DNA of 64,000 bases from positions 31,868,001 to 31,932,000 of the forward strand of contig CM060733.1 of assembly GCA_030704615.1 (NCBI GenBank). The letters run 5' to 3'. The stretch is from Takakia lepidozioides (taxonomy: Eukaryota > Plantae > Bryophyta). The translations under genes and the position numbers were made by a program. The notes below the pieces were generated by a model. The model saw nothing but the letters and a program-made list of their open reading frames with translations. It made no database searches and was not told where the DNA came from. This document shows positions 13,601 through 25,400 of this stretch, piece by piece; position 1 is the stretch's first letter; each line of letters opens with the position of its first letter.

Positions 13601-14569
13601 AGAAACCAAAGCACTGTTGAGTGCTGAGTTTGCCATGACTGACATGGGTGAGATTCGATTCTGTCTTGGTATTCAAATCAGCAGAGATCGAGTGAACCAT
13701 ACAGTAATCATGCATCAACGACAATACATTGAGACAATTCTACAAAGGTTTAAGTTGGAGATGAGTAAGCCAACATCAACTCTTCTCGAAGTTGGTTTGA
13801 AACTTACGAAGGATATGACACCTAAGACTCAAGAAGAGCAAGAGGATATGAGGAAAACTTCTTATCAAAGCGTAGTCGGCAATTTGATGTATTGCATGGT
13901 TTGTACTAGGCCAGACATTGCACATTCAGTGGGAGTGGTCTTACAATTACTTTCAAATCCCGGACAAACCCATTGGAAAGCAGTGAAGAGGATATTTCGA
14001 TATCTAAGAGGAACATCAACCTCTGGTCTACTCTACAAGAGAGTGGAAGATCCAAGTTTGTTGGGGTTTGCTGATGCTGACTGGGCATGAGACGTTGATA
14101 GTAGAAAATCAACTTCAGGCCATTGTTTTCTCCTAGCAGGTGGAGCTGTATCTTGGTCTAGCAAACGACAAGTTGCAACAGCGTTGTCATCAACAGAAGC
14201 TGAGTACATGTCCATTACACAAGCAGCAAATGAGGCTATTTGGTTACGGAAGTTGTTTGGAGATTTGGGTCATCTCCAATCACTACCTACGACTCTCTAT
14301 TGTGACAATCAAAGTGCGATTGCACTAAGTCAGAATCCGAAGTATCATTCAAGGACGAAACACATTGAAGTGCAACATCACTACATACGGGAAGTTGTAT
14401 GCAAGGAAGAGATCAAGATGATCTATTGTGCTACAGGAGATATGGTTGCGGATGTTTTGACGAAGAATCTACCACAAACAAAACACATGAAGTGTTCAAC
14501 CTTACTTGTGGTGTCTCTTCTCCAAAGACAAACGAAGTAGCTCAATGATATGGTTTAATTGAGTGGGAG

Positions 14570-14874
14570 TGTTGGAAGTAATTAAACATATCTAGTAGAA
14601 GACTAAGAGTCTTGAAGGCCAAAGGTTTAGAAGTCTAAGAGACTATCTTGTTTAACTCACCTTTGGAAGGTGAATGGCTAGAAGGTGGATGGTCACCATA
14701 GTGGAAGTGATCAAGTAGGACTTCCTAGAGATCTTCTTGTACAAGCTCGGGGGTGAAGCCACTAGTCTAAGTGTAAAAGTATGATGGTGGCTTCTATGGT
14801 TGGGAGGAGGGCTTTAGTTTTAGCTTTAGTCTAAGACTTTAGTTCTTGTTCATTGTTCTTGCTCAATTCTAACA
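14570..14874 (+). repeat. 3' LTR of Copia B (305 bp)
   Basis: Matches the 5' LTR with 7 substitutions and 2 indels (counted by eye), and is preceded by a polypurine tract. Confidence 0.95.
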
Positions 14875-15093
14875 AGTAGTTGCATTGTTTCTCTCATCCC
14901 ATTCCTCCTCATTCTCGGCTGTCCTAGTCTCCACTCCCTCGACTAGACTAAGCAGTTTCTTCGATCTGAAAACCACCTGCATCTGGAACTTCAAGAGTTG
15001 GAAGTTGTCTCCATCAAACCTCTCAATATTACTCAACTCCTTGATCTCTATGCCCTTGGACATCATCACTAATTCCTACAAGTGCAGCAAACG

Positions 15094-15106
15094 TGGGCCC
15101 ATAACC
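15094..15106 (-). promoter_or_regulatory. Primer-binding site GGTTATGGGCCCA (half-tRNA-iMet type) of Copia A
   Basis: The minus strand reads ...TTCCTAAC GGTTATGGGCCCA just upstream of the gag start. This is the PBS type of Drosophila copia and related hemiviruses. Confidence 0.8.
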
Positions 15107-15589
15107 GTTAGGAAAACAACACTACTGTATCAGAGCAGTGACAACCACAAGTTAGAGTAAGCTAGAGTACTTTTATTGATCATTGTGAAGACACCGTGAT
15201 GCTTAACCCTTGATACTACACTCTGTGTGTACCTATGCATCCATCATCGTACTTTGGACAGCCTGCACCATATATACTCAAAATAGTGGCAGCGGCCCAC
15301 TTTGAATCAGCAGGAAGGAAGGAATACAGCAGATTTTCATAGGCAGGAAGCTGACTTGGAGGCTGAATTGTGTAAGGCCGAAGCATGAAGAGGGTTTGAA
15401 CAAAACAAAATTACCCATAAATCTTCCTTGAATTTGTTTGCATGGTCTGAAGGGCCTACCCTCGGCACTGACTGAAACTTTAAACTCACCACAAGGGAGT
15501 CTACCTTTGAACAAAAAACAAATAGGGAGATTGTCAATGCTAGATGTGCGGCCTGAAAGCATTATATATGAAAAAGGGGAAGAAGCTCT

Positions 15590-15880
15590 GTATCCATTTT
15601 CTGATACAATGTCCCGGGCATTCTCATCGATCATCAAGCACATTGTCCCTGTGGCTCTCTATTCACCAACTTCCAACATCTGGAGGCGGAGGCTGAAGCC
15701 CTGGCCCTGTTGGGGCCTAATTGCTGGGCGGTTCATAGTGAAGGGCTTTGTAGAGGAAATCTGGAAAGCCCGGACGAACTATTTATATCAAGGTAAGTTC
15801 CACTACTGTCCAGAGTAAGCCCCTCACAAAGGTAGTGTCTACTCCCTCTTGTTCTGCACCAACGAGTGGGCTCTATGGCC
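15590..15880 (-). repeat. Dispersed repeat, probably an old LINE 3' (zf-RVT) fragment; paralog at 54715-55010
   Basis: Shares CCCCTCACAAAGGTAGTGTCT, GTGAAGGGCTTT and AAGCCCTGGCCCTG with 54715-55010. The minus-strand frames read DFLYKALH and DILWKALH. Confidence 0.55.
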
Positions 15881-17167
15881 TACGCGACGTCTCAGGAGTA
15901 CAGTCTAATAAGAAGGTTCTATGCCCGTTATATGCAACAACCCGGCCTGAATTTATCATAGAGGTCCCAAAAGTAATCAGCGTGTCCAAGAGAGAAATGA
16001 AATGAAATGGTGCTTTATGGACCTCCTCAGTGACAGGTTCTTGGTCGTGTTCTGTTGCTCCTGGTAACTCAATTAATGTGATTGTGGAACCATCTGTAGA
16101 GAGAGATCTAGTGTCTTCAACGTTTGTATTGTTTGAGCAGTGGCAACATCAAAGAAATGTAGTGCATTTTCTGTTCTGATACCACTCCAAATGAGGCGGT
16201 GTCGAGGATGAAACTGAATCTCCTCCGACTCAGGAATGACACGCGATTCTGCATGCAGAGCTTATCGATGCAGGACACACGGGCATGGTGCACGAGATCA
16301 GGCACGTGATCCTTTCACTCTTGTGCAATCCTTGATCGACACAGAGACTGCTGCGTCAGATGATCAGTGACCCACTCTCAAATATCCCCTCGGTCTGCCC
16401 GTTGAGCAACTTTTGTCATGGCAGATGCAGAAATATGTAACCCTCGGGATTTATGAATCGCCAGCGAATGGATCTCTACTGAGTTGTGAAAGTTGAGATC
16501 TACAGTGTGTAGATCACATTCATGAAGAAAAATCTGAACTCTGTTATCCAATTGAAAAGCAGCTCAGTTCCGCATTTTGGTGTTAACCCATAGAACTGCC
16601 AAATTGGCAATTGTGATCACTTTCTTCTCTTCATATGGGGCCATTGATTCGGGCAGATTCCGAGAAATTCCCCGTTCGAGGAGGAGTTGATACCCTGAGT
16701 ATAGATAGCCACTCGGAGTCTGTCTTTCCTTCATAGTATCTTATGCGAGCTCAACTCCCGGGAGCGCTCAGATCAGCCCGAGCCGTGTGTCTTGGACGCT
16801 GTTGCTCTTTGTTTTGACAGCTCGTGTGTTTCTCTCAGTATGTGGACTGTTGTGCATCCTCTCTTGTCCCGATGTTACAAGAATTTCAGTTTTACCAAAG
16901 GACGGTTAGGTACGGGTGGGGCACTATTGATGGGCTCCCAATCACTGCAATTGATGAATGCCCAATTGGTGTAGTACTAACTCTAAAGTGAAGTACTAGC
17001 TTTGCAACAGATCTCTTAAGCTTGCTTGTTGAGCATCGCTTTCTGTCTCTTTCTGTCGCTGTCAGATACTTTATGGTTTCTGAGAGCGTGCTAAAACGCC
17101 TATGAGATGGTCAGATTTGAATCCTGGGCAGTATGATGCAGGACTAGTTACCACATTGATTTGAGAT
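15817..17167 (+). repeat. ~1.35 kb segment duplicated in inverted orientation at 57583-59050
   Basis: Long near-identical blocks in both copies, e.g. the sequences behind the MWTVVHPLLSRCYKNF and MPDLVHHARVSC ORFs, which occur on opposite strands. Confidence 0.9.
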
Positions 17168-19489
17168 TTAAATGCTGGGAATTCAATGGTCCCAAGGGAT
17201 AAGAACTAAATCACCTTGAAGAAAAGTTACAAGCTTTCCGTAAAGCAACTACTTATTAGTGGCCTCCCCAACCGTCCGGACTGGGTGGCCTATTCCTGAT
17301 CAGTGTTCTGCAGTTTCTGGAATTCTGTGCAGTCTTGAGCGACCCTCTAGTTTTGCTCAAAAGATTCGGTCTTCTAGATTAGCCCAAATTAGATATACTT
17401 GATGCACAGATTCCTGCTTACATCATATCAAAATTCTGTGTGTTCCACAGAGTGTTGTGAAGCGATCTTCAAGAGATGATTTGCTGGTCGCTGAGCAGTA
17501 AGTTAGTCAATCGAAGCTATAAGACAGTTGTTAGTAGTATTCAGATTCTTATTTACATTTTTCGTAAGAGTTGCATGGGCTTGTTGAATTCGATGATTCC
17601 AAGTTGGATTCTTATTCAAAGCAAGCTGTTCGCATGTGATTCAAACTGTCTTCTGTGCCTACTCAACCATCTGTAGAGGAATTCTTCCACACACACAGTT
17701 CTTTATAGGAGTTACATAGCTTCACACTCAGCAGATCCTACTTGACTTTTCTCCTTTGAAAGTCACTTTGGGCAGTTCATGAGGAGTGGGGGCTGAGGAA
17801 CGTAGGGGGATGTTATCTTCTTCCCTTCATTACATGAGAGAGAGTTACTGAATTTGCATGGCTTTGTCTTTGGGGCACCCTTTTTGTCGGTCAATACCCA
17901 CCTGGTTTGATATCTGGTTAGGGCTGGCTCATACCGCACACAAAATCAAAAATTGAAAGAGATGCAAACTGCTTATCCCTGCTCATAAGCTCACAGGGCT
18001 TTATCAAGACATTACTGTTCTACCTAAGCATTGCAGAGCCACGAGTCACAATCCCACTGTGGGATGGGTAAAGGGCAGGGAGAGATGTACAAATACTGAC
18101 TGTGCCTTACAACACTTGACATTCGACCACCTTGAGGGCAATGTTTTGTTTGTGAGTATTTAACCTGGCTGGAGCTAGGTGTGGGTTTTTCGACTATCAG
18201 GGTATGGAAATGGAAACTCAACCAAGAATCACAAAGTGCTCACTCAGCCAGCAAAATCTGGAGAAAGTGAATTGGGGTGTTGGTGGGAGACTTGGTATAG
18301 ACATCATGTTAACCCAGGCTATTCCAACACTACTTGTCTACCTGCAAACTGGCACAAGATTCTGCATTCCTCAACAATACTCTAGCTTTTCGGAGCTGCT
18401 TTAGGTTTATGTTCACTTGGTGTTTGCATGCAGGCCAAGCAATAAGCCTAGAACGCCTAAGCACAATGGGATGGTGGATGGATATCGAAGTATGGCTTCT
18501 AGGGTCAGCATTGGAGCTCCATTGAGTTGTCAAGATGGGAGTCCAGATTCTGGTAGGATGACAGTTTATGATGAGAAGCCTGGGTCAGGTCAAACAAGGG
18601 CTGCTGCGGAGGAATGTCAGTAATCATCACATCCATCTGGCTGAAGGGTGGCCTTTGGCCAACACAAGCCTTCCCTGTACATTCTACAACGTTTATATTG
18701 TTTCAGGTTCCTCGTTAGCATGAGAGAGAGCAGTAGAAATGTTCTACAAAGGAACAGTAGGTTTCCTCAATATAGCAGTACAAGGCAATTGGAACACTGC
18801 TCGCCATGACAGCAACTTGCCAAACATATTCCTCTCCTAAGGCCAGCTATCTCACCTTAAGACTCTTCAATGTCTCTATGTTCAGATTGTCAGGCTTGGG
18901 GATTGTGATTGGACCCTTCAAGAACAAAGACATACCCATTCATTGACAGATAAGTCTGGGGGAGTCCACCTCTGAGGGCCGGAAGTACCTCTAAGAAGGC
19001 AGTGTTTGCACAACTAACCACAATGAGGTCTGCACAAGCTCAACTGGAGGAGACCAATGCCAAATTTTTTGTTATGCTGTACATAAATGTGGTGGTCTAC
19101 CTAGATGAGTGCATCATGCCACATTCAGTGACTAAAACGCTTACTAAAGAACAGTGAGGTCTGTTTATGTCATAGCAAGGCATATTTGTGTTTCAGTGAA
19201 GTCTTAAAGACACAGGCCTGGGATCAATCTCCACATTCCTTCCAGTCAAAGGCCCACACATCCAAATGCCGCCTCTAGGAACTGTATGGGAGTCTTCTGT
19301 GGCAACAACATAGTCATCAGGCCACATGGCCTCGAGAGAAATAAAGCTCCCTTGGCTTGCTAGGACAGTGGTCCATGCTTTCTGTTATCATGACATGTCT
19401 TCGAAGCATACCGGCAAGTGAGGTAGGCCCTGCTTCACGACTTCACTGGCTCCAGGACTTCACCCAACTAAACCCACATTGGCAAACTA

Positions 19490-22477
19490 CTACTCCTCAT
19501 CAAGGGACAGATCAATCCATTCTGTTGTATTTTCACTGTTCCTCCTGCCGTCGATGCCAAGATCAATGACATCTGTATGTGCACTGTTCCTCATGTTTTC
19601 AGGTCTGGTACGATTAATGACCTCCACATCCACAATCTTCCTCTTGAGGGCGTTAACATTGGGGGACAGATTTTCAGTATCTGGGATGCTTTGTGCTCTG
19701 TCTACGTCTCCTAGTTTCTCAAGTCGAAGCCTCAACATCTTGAGCTCCTCCTGTTCTATTTTCCAATGTTCCACCATGAACTCGAACACCCTCCGATTCT
19801 TCCGGATGTCGCAGTAAGCTCCAGCTCCCCGACCTCCTTCTTTTCCAATTGCGCTGTAGCCATTTTGATATGTACCATTGAAGTATTTGCGCGCGAAATT
19901 CCTGGCATGAGGTAAGTCATTCACACCTTGGTAGGTGATACTCTCCTCCGGCCCCCTGAGAAAAGCTTGGACAGTCGGATGGTTTGGAAGTTCCGCAAAT
20001 GGCTGACACCACGTGAAGTCAGGTCTTCCATGCTCAGAAAGAATTTGAATGCGTTCGTTAGCAAGAGTGTGTATGCCACTCCTGCCCATAGCCGCACCCG
20101 ACAATTCCTTCCAGATCACATCCGAGTCTAGCAACGTCTTCAGAAGGTGTTGCTGCTTGTGCAGCCTGGATTGATCCAGTAGACCTTGAATGAGTTTGTC
20201 GAACAATAGCTTGTTGCCAAGCATGAAAAAGATGCAAAAGAGGTCCACAATCCGACTTTCAACAGATTTCTCTCGCGTACAAGACTGTGGCTGAGATAGT
20301 TTCAAGGGACTGCTACGATGGAAGTCCCTAGTGGTGATCATTTGACAGATTTGCAAGAACAAATGGAGTGTGGCTGGGTCTTCACTCTTTGTGGTAGAGA
20401 TGGCTGCACCATCCGCGCTGCTGCTACCAGGAGTAGGGTATAATTCACAAAAATTTGTAGCATGAATTTGAATCACCAGAGTGCATAAGACAGCCGTATC
20501 AATCTCCTCAAAACGCTCCACGATCTTTGGTCCAAGCTCGTTGTGGAGTTCCTCGAGGGAGAAGAGCATCTTTACCACATTGCAGATGGTTTCTGAATTG
20601 AGCTCGTCAAAAGACGGACGAGCTGTCCACACAAGCTCAAATGTCTTCTTGGCTACACTGACAGCAGCATCCCGACATCCCAAAGTCTGAAGTTCCAGTG
20701 CAAGATGGACGAAGGACTCACCTTGACCGACTGCACAATCCTCGAGAAGCTCCATGACAATAGACCCGCACACATCCCATCCATACCTCTGTACAACGGT
20801 TGCAATTATCGTCGCCACATCTGCATTTCTGACCCCAACTTTCCACTTCACTACCTCGCTGTTGTACTGATTATACTGGCGAGTTTTCAACAACAACTTG
20901 AGGACGCGCAATATATCTTCCAAACCTCCCGCCCTAAGACAGAGGTTTAGCAACCGAGAAGTGACTGGATCTGCATGATGAGGAAAATGCCAAACCATGG
21001 AACCATCCTTCTCGCAATAATTCAGGATATCACACAACAATCCATAGTCGTCAGGTTCGTTTAAAGTTTGCTTGCACTCCAAAATATCCAATGCCCCGGC
21101 AACTCCGGCGTTGCAGGCAATCGACATTGATCTCTTCTTTGGCCACACGACGATCATGGCCTTGTGGTACCAATACTCCAGAGTCGGACCGGAATTACCA
21201 GTATAACCCTCATACTCCTCTTCATCCGGACCATCATCAACATGAAACAGCTCATCTTCAGGATCTTTCCCAGTTACAACTTGGCGATTGAAGTCAACAT
21301 CAAGAGCAAAGCCCACTGTTTTGTTGTCTAGTCCAACCCAATTGCTAGCCCTGATGTCTTCGCCGAAGACATCAACCATTGTATGCTGTCGGAGATCAGA
21401 CTCATTGTCGTACCATCGGCGAGAACGAGAGCGACTATAGTGATCGTCTTCAGCTGCCCCCCTCTTATGTTTAGTCAAGATGCACAAATGAAGATCGAGC
21501 CACCGTTTTCTCTCGCTGTCTCGGCAATTCTTCAGCACTTGTGCCACGATACGGTCGTCCCCCTTCAGCCCAGCAAAGGACAAGTTCTCTTTTGTGTACT
21601 GGTGTTGCAATGGAATCGCAAGTTTATCACCGAACATGTTCGGTGTTTCCTCCATTACGACTTCCAACCAAGGTTGCAATGCCGCCTCAGCCTTTCCCAA
21701 CTTGGAGGAGAATTCCTTCAGCTCTCCTAGCTGCAACACCTCGTCAGAGCTAGCATTGCGTCTTACCAAGTTGAAGGCCAGACATAGTCGTGTACCAGCC
21801 GTGACTTTGAGCAGCTCGTGCTGGCAATCAGCGAAGAAAACTGTGTAGCAAAACGCTGTTGAGCTGACCATGGAGAAATCGAAGATCTTACTCGTATTTT
21901 TGTGGCTCACCACCAATGCTCCACCTTCGAATCCTGCCTCCGTTGGAAGCTGGAGCACCAAGGTAGCAAACATGCCTGGTTCCTTTTCCGTGTCACGATG
22001 GACCTTGAAGTGGCCGTCGCTGTCGTAGAGCAGCAGTTTGTACAGGTGTGCTTCTAGCTGCAGGGCCGCTCCATCAAGGCCCAGCGCGCGTACCGCCTTC
22101 ATCGCGAGCAGCTGGGCAGTCTTGGATATGAACAAGGGCGCCTCTGGGAAGCTCACTTTGGAGGCGTCCACCTGCCAGGACCTGCGCACGGCTGTGTCGA
22201 TGACCGTGGCTGAGCCTTGGCCGAAGGGCGCCTGCTCGCAAACACCACGAAGCTTGGGAGTGTCTTCCGCCGATAGAGGGAGGCGCAATTCGCCAGCACC
22301 TTGGACGTGTAAGGAGTCCAGGACGACTCCCTGCTGAGGAGGGGCGATGATTCCACCTGCTGCGTACGTCCCATTGGTGCCTTCCTCGTCTGCAGGACTC
22401 CAAAGAGCGTCGAGCAGCTTGGTGAAGAACGACTGCCTCCGATGTTGCTCTGCTTCTGAATCTTTTACGGGGCTCAT
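19490..22477 (-). CDS. Intronless 2OG-Fe(II) dioxygenase domain protein (~995 aa; prolyl-4-hydroxylase-like fold with long helical C-terminal region)
   Basis: Open 1022-codon frame. It contains LYKLLLY..GHFKVHRDTEK (HxD), FATLVLQLP, GGALVVSH, FFADCQHE (distal His) and GTRLCLAFNL (2OG-binding Arg), plus family motifs HQYT..LSF..LKG.D and EGYTGNSGPTLEYWY. The start is either the ATG at 22477 (after a CTGCAG acceptor at ~22500) or the ATG at 22558. Confidence 0.88.
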   Translation of the reverse strand: MSPVKDSEAEQHRRQSFFTKLLDALWSPADEEGTNGTYAAGGIIAPPQQGVVLDSLHVQGAGELRLPLSAEDTPKLRGVCEQAPFGQGSATVIDTAVRRSWQVDASKVSFPEAPLFISKTAQLLAMKAVRALGLDGAALQLEAHLYKLLLYDSDGHFKVHRDTEKEPGMFATLVLQLPTEAGFEGGALVVSHKNTSKIFDFSMVSSTAFCYTVFFADCQHELLKVTAGTRLCLAFNLVRRNASSDEVLQLGELKEFSSKLGKAEAALQPWLEVVMEETPNMFGDKLAIPLQHQYTKENLSFAGLKGDDRIVAQVLKNCRDSERKRWLDLHLCILTKHKRGAAEDDHYSRSRSRRWYDNESDLRQHTMVDVFGEDIRASNWVGLDNKTVGFALDVDFNRQVVTGKDPEDELFHVDDGPDEEEYEGYTGNSGPTLEYWYHKAMIVVWPKKRSMSIACNAGVAGALDILECKQTLNEPDDYGLLCDILNYCEKDGSMVWHFPHHADPVTSRLLNLCLRAGGLEDILRVLKLLLKTRQYNQYNSEVVKWKVGVRNADVATIIATVVQRYGWDVCGSIVMELLEDCAVGQGESFVHLALELQTLGCRDAAVSVAKKTFELVWTARPSFDELNSETICNVVKMLFSLEELHNELGPKIVERFEEIDTAVLCTLVIQIHATNFCELYPTPGSSSADGAAISTTKSEDPATLHLFLQICQMITTRDFHRSSPLKLSQPQSCTREKSVESRIVDLFCIFFMLGNKLLFDKLIQGLLDQSRLHKQQHLLKTLLDSDVIWKELSGAAMGRSGIHTLANERIQILSEHGRPDFTWCQPFAELPNHPTVQAFLRGPEESITYQGVNDLPHARNFARKYFNGTYQNGYSAIGKEGGRGAGAYCDIRKNRRVFEFMVEHWKIEQEELKMLRLRLEKLGDVDRAQSIPDTENLSPNVNALKRKIVDVEVINRTRPENMRNSAHTDVIDLGIDGRRNSENTTEWIDLSLDEE

Positions 22478-25400
22478 TGGTGGCCTTTTCGCATAAACCC
22501 TGCAGTCAGACACGTGGAGGAGGACAATTCCTCGATGACTGAGGAAACTTGAGAGCATTTGTCATGCTTTATGCGAAGTATATGCAGGGCTGGTCGTGGC
22601 GGCATGGACTCTCTGTAAAATTCAGACAGAGAGACAGCATTGTGACCATATCACAGACTTTGGGAGTTTTTCGATCGGGGAACACGCAAAGTTGCTCAAC
22701 AATGCCTGTACTCGCTGCATGCAAGTGTCGGAATGACTCTAATCCTCGAGAGAAGAAAAGAAATGAAGAAGGGGACATTGAAACTCCGATGAAACTATAA
22801 AGTAATATACAGTTGTTCCTCAGAACCTCGAATCTTGAAGCTCCAAAACTACTGGAAGAATTCAACCATTCTTCGTCACCAGCCAAGACTACCTACAGAA
22901 GGGATAAAAATGTCGAATAATTGAAGACACCCCTTTCCTTTCTGCTCCGCAAAGATGAATACAGAGACTGAGAGACAGTTACCTGCAACTCGCGGGATAA
23001 TGGGTAATTCGCTACGGGCCGAGCGCCAGCCTCGCTGAAGATTGGTACGTTTCAGGGAAGATGAGTACAGAGCTGACGGAAATAAACTTCAGTTACTCGA
23101 CTGAGACCGCAGATCCCAAACCGCCTGTGGAACAGGATGCGCAACATGAGAATTGAGCATATTCAAGCAAGTCTTGAGCCTGCATCTCTAAAACCCTCGC
23201 TGTAACAATCACATTACGAAAAAACAGGGCATTATGAATCATTTGGCGCTCACACACAGTTCATCTTTGTTTCTTCAGAAATTCCGGAGAACATATTTCA
23301 GACAGGAGCACACATAAGTTTGCTGACGAGTGGAATTAGTGCATTGTTCTACTGCACCGCATCCCTCAACGCTGCCAAACATCGACAACTCCAACAGACG
23401 GAGAGCTCTGCATTGAACTCAAGAAGGGTGCAAATTCATACCCAACTTCAATTCACAACTCCTTGTGCAACACCATCCTGCATGTAGACTACTACGTAGA
23501 TCTTGTTGCGAGATTACTCCTCAAGGACAAAACACATCAAATGGTTGTACCTATATCATCCACATTTGTCCAGAAGAATCTGATCCCTCCCTCCAAGACT
23601 CAGCAGCTCCCAATTAGCTAATACGCATACTAAGCTGATGAGGAGGACGACGATGGAAGCTTAAATTCTCTGCATCGGCAGAAGCTTGCGCAGGAAGGGT
23701 CTTTTAATATTTCTCTGATATCCTTTATGTTCATATGGCTGAAAGACGGCCGCCGACAGAGCCCAGTAAACGCGAGCCCCAGTAATTGTAACCCCTCAAG
23801 TACGAGCCTACCCGAGTCAACCCGTTTCAGATTTCATCCATATGTAGTTTTCGTGGATGACAATGGATGGAAGAGAAGGCTGAAGGTAAATGGTGCACAT
23901 AATTAAGTTAGGGAGGAGCGCATGTGGTAAATTCGCGCCCTCAAATAACTAAACTCCGCTCTCTAGAATTGTCCAAAGTGCGGGGGGACTGGAACTCAGA
24001 AAATGGACCACTTGAAAAAAGTAGAGGGAGATGTACGTTCAACTGTTGAAGAGCTTTATGTTCTATCATGGAACCCATCTTTACAGGAAGCGTCGTGGTG
24101 CAAATATCGCAGTATTGCGGAGTCATCACATATCTAGAGACCAGTTTAAGGTTTCCTAGAACGGAACGAGTAGATCTACCATCAGTATGAATCCGACACG
24201 TCGTTGCTGGCTCAAATCAGGGATCAACAAGGAGGAAATATATGAAAGATTCGCCGGTAGCAGGAAATGGAGAGATCACATGTAGTTCCTTAAGATCCAA
24301 CGCAGACCATGCATTCATCAGGATTCAACGACTGGATAGGAAAGATATTCTGCCAGTGGTGGGCAAGGTGTAAACCACTTGATCAAAGGTACAGCGCATT
24401 GCAGACCCATCTCAAGGTATGCAGATGCAAGACCTGGCAAGGGCGTCAGCAAGAGAGCTAATTGGCGATCACTTGAATTGTGATGCATTTCACATCAAGG
24501 CGTTTTTGGAATTCCCTAAATGCTGTCAAACTCCATGGAACCATTTCAAGATGTGGGCCTGATGTGCGTGGGCCCATAGCATAGGTTCACAGTCGGACCC
24601 ACACAAAACATTCCAGATCTTGTTAACATTGCAAAGTCAACTCTCACTCTACAGTACTAGGTATATACCTGCATGGACCCACGCGTGGACATGTAGCAGA
24701 GCAGCAACTCATTACTGATATTAATCAACTAACTCAACGGGATAGAAACAGGCAAAAAAGTTCGACAGCCCATCCATGATGTGATGCTTGTAAGGATCTC
24801 ATGGTAATGTTTTCCCCTACGAAGCTACTTGCGAGATACTCTCTAGCGGATCGCTGTACTCAATCCCTCAAGCGTGTAATACACAGAACAATCCCAGCAC
24901 ACTTCCAAGCTAGGAGATGTCCATGATTGTCGCTAAGGTTATAATATTTTTAAAATCCTGCTTACATTGAAGATCTCAAAGCTTATAGACTAATTCTAGT
25001 ATCAATATACATGTATGTAGTCACTCGCTCGATGATCATTACTTGTTGAGAAGTTGCAGGATTTGCTGCATCTTACTGCATGTATCTGGATTTGATGGAT
25101 CTCGCTGCGTTCATGGCCATCAACGTCCCTTCATAAGGCCGTAACAACTGGAAATATTTTTCTCCTTCCAACTATAAACACGACAGATTTCCACAAGAAT
25201 TCAATTGAGAAGGCATGTTGAAGAGCACTTACTAAATTTACGTTATAATGCAATAAATATAGGAGATGGCATAGTTTCGAAAGAATGCCAAAACTTTCTG
25301 CAGTCTACACTATCGTTAGTGCACGTTATTTAGTGCGTTTCAACTTCGGGAAAATTAGGTTTTCAAAACCCATCGGATCGTGACCGATCCGACGATCAGG

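Larger units (their letters stand above)
10342..14874 (+). mobile_element. Ty1/Copia LTR retrotransposon B with both LTRs, nested in the gag of Copia A, defective
   Basis: TG...CA LTRs at 10342-10651 and 14570-14874. The 5-bp TSD AGTAG is at 10337-10341 and 14875-14879, the PBS TGGTATCAGAGCC at 10652-10664 and the PPT GAGTGGGAG at 14561-14569. It has gag (10707-11411), CFYCKKLGHMIKDC, integrase with an internal deletion at ~12283, RT (YVDD) and RNase H (ADWA, STEAEY, RTKHI). Confidence 0.97.
7163..15300 (-). mobile_element. Ty1/Copia LTR retrotransposon A (host element): 3'-truncated, interrupted by Copia B
   Basis: gag begins at ~15069 (IERFDGDNFQ) and resumes at ~10336. It has a CCHC knuckle (RCNNCGEKGHWERECP, ~9760-9800), protease region, GAG-pre-integrase LWHHRFGH, integrase HTDVCGP..RSDRGGE..NGFSERENRT, and RT QFDIKTAFLNG..LYGLRQ..IFVDDGL. 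RNase H and the 3' LTR are absent. The 5' LTR lies above 15106 and its outer edge is uncertain. Confidence 0.92.
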
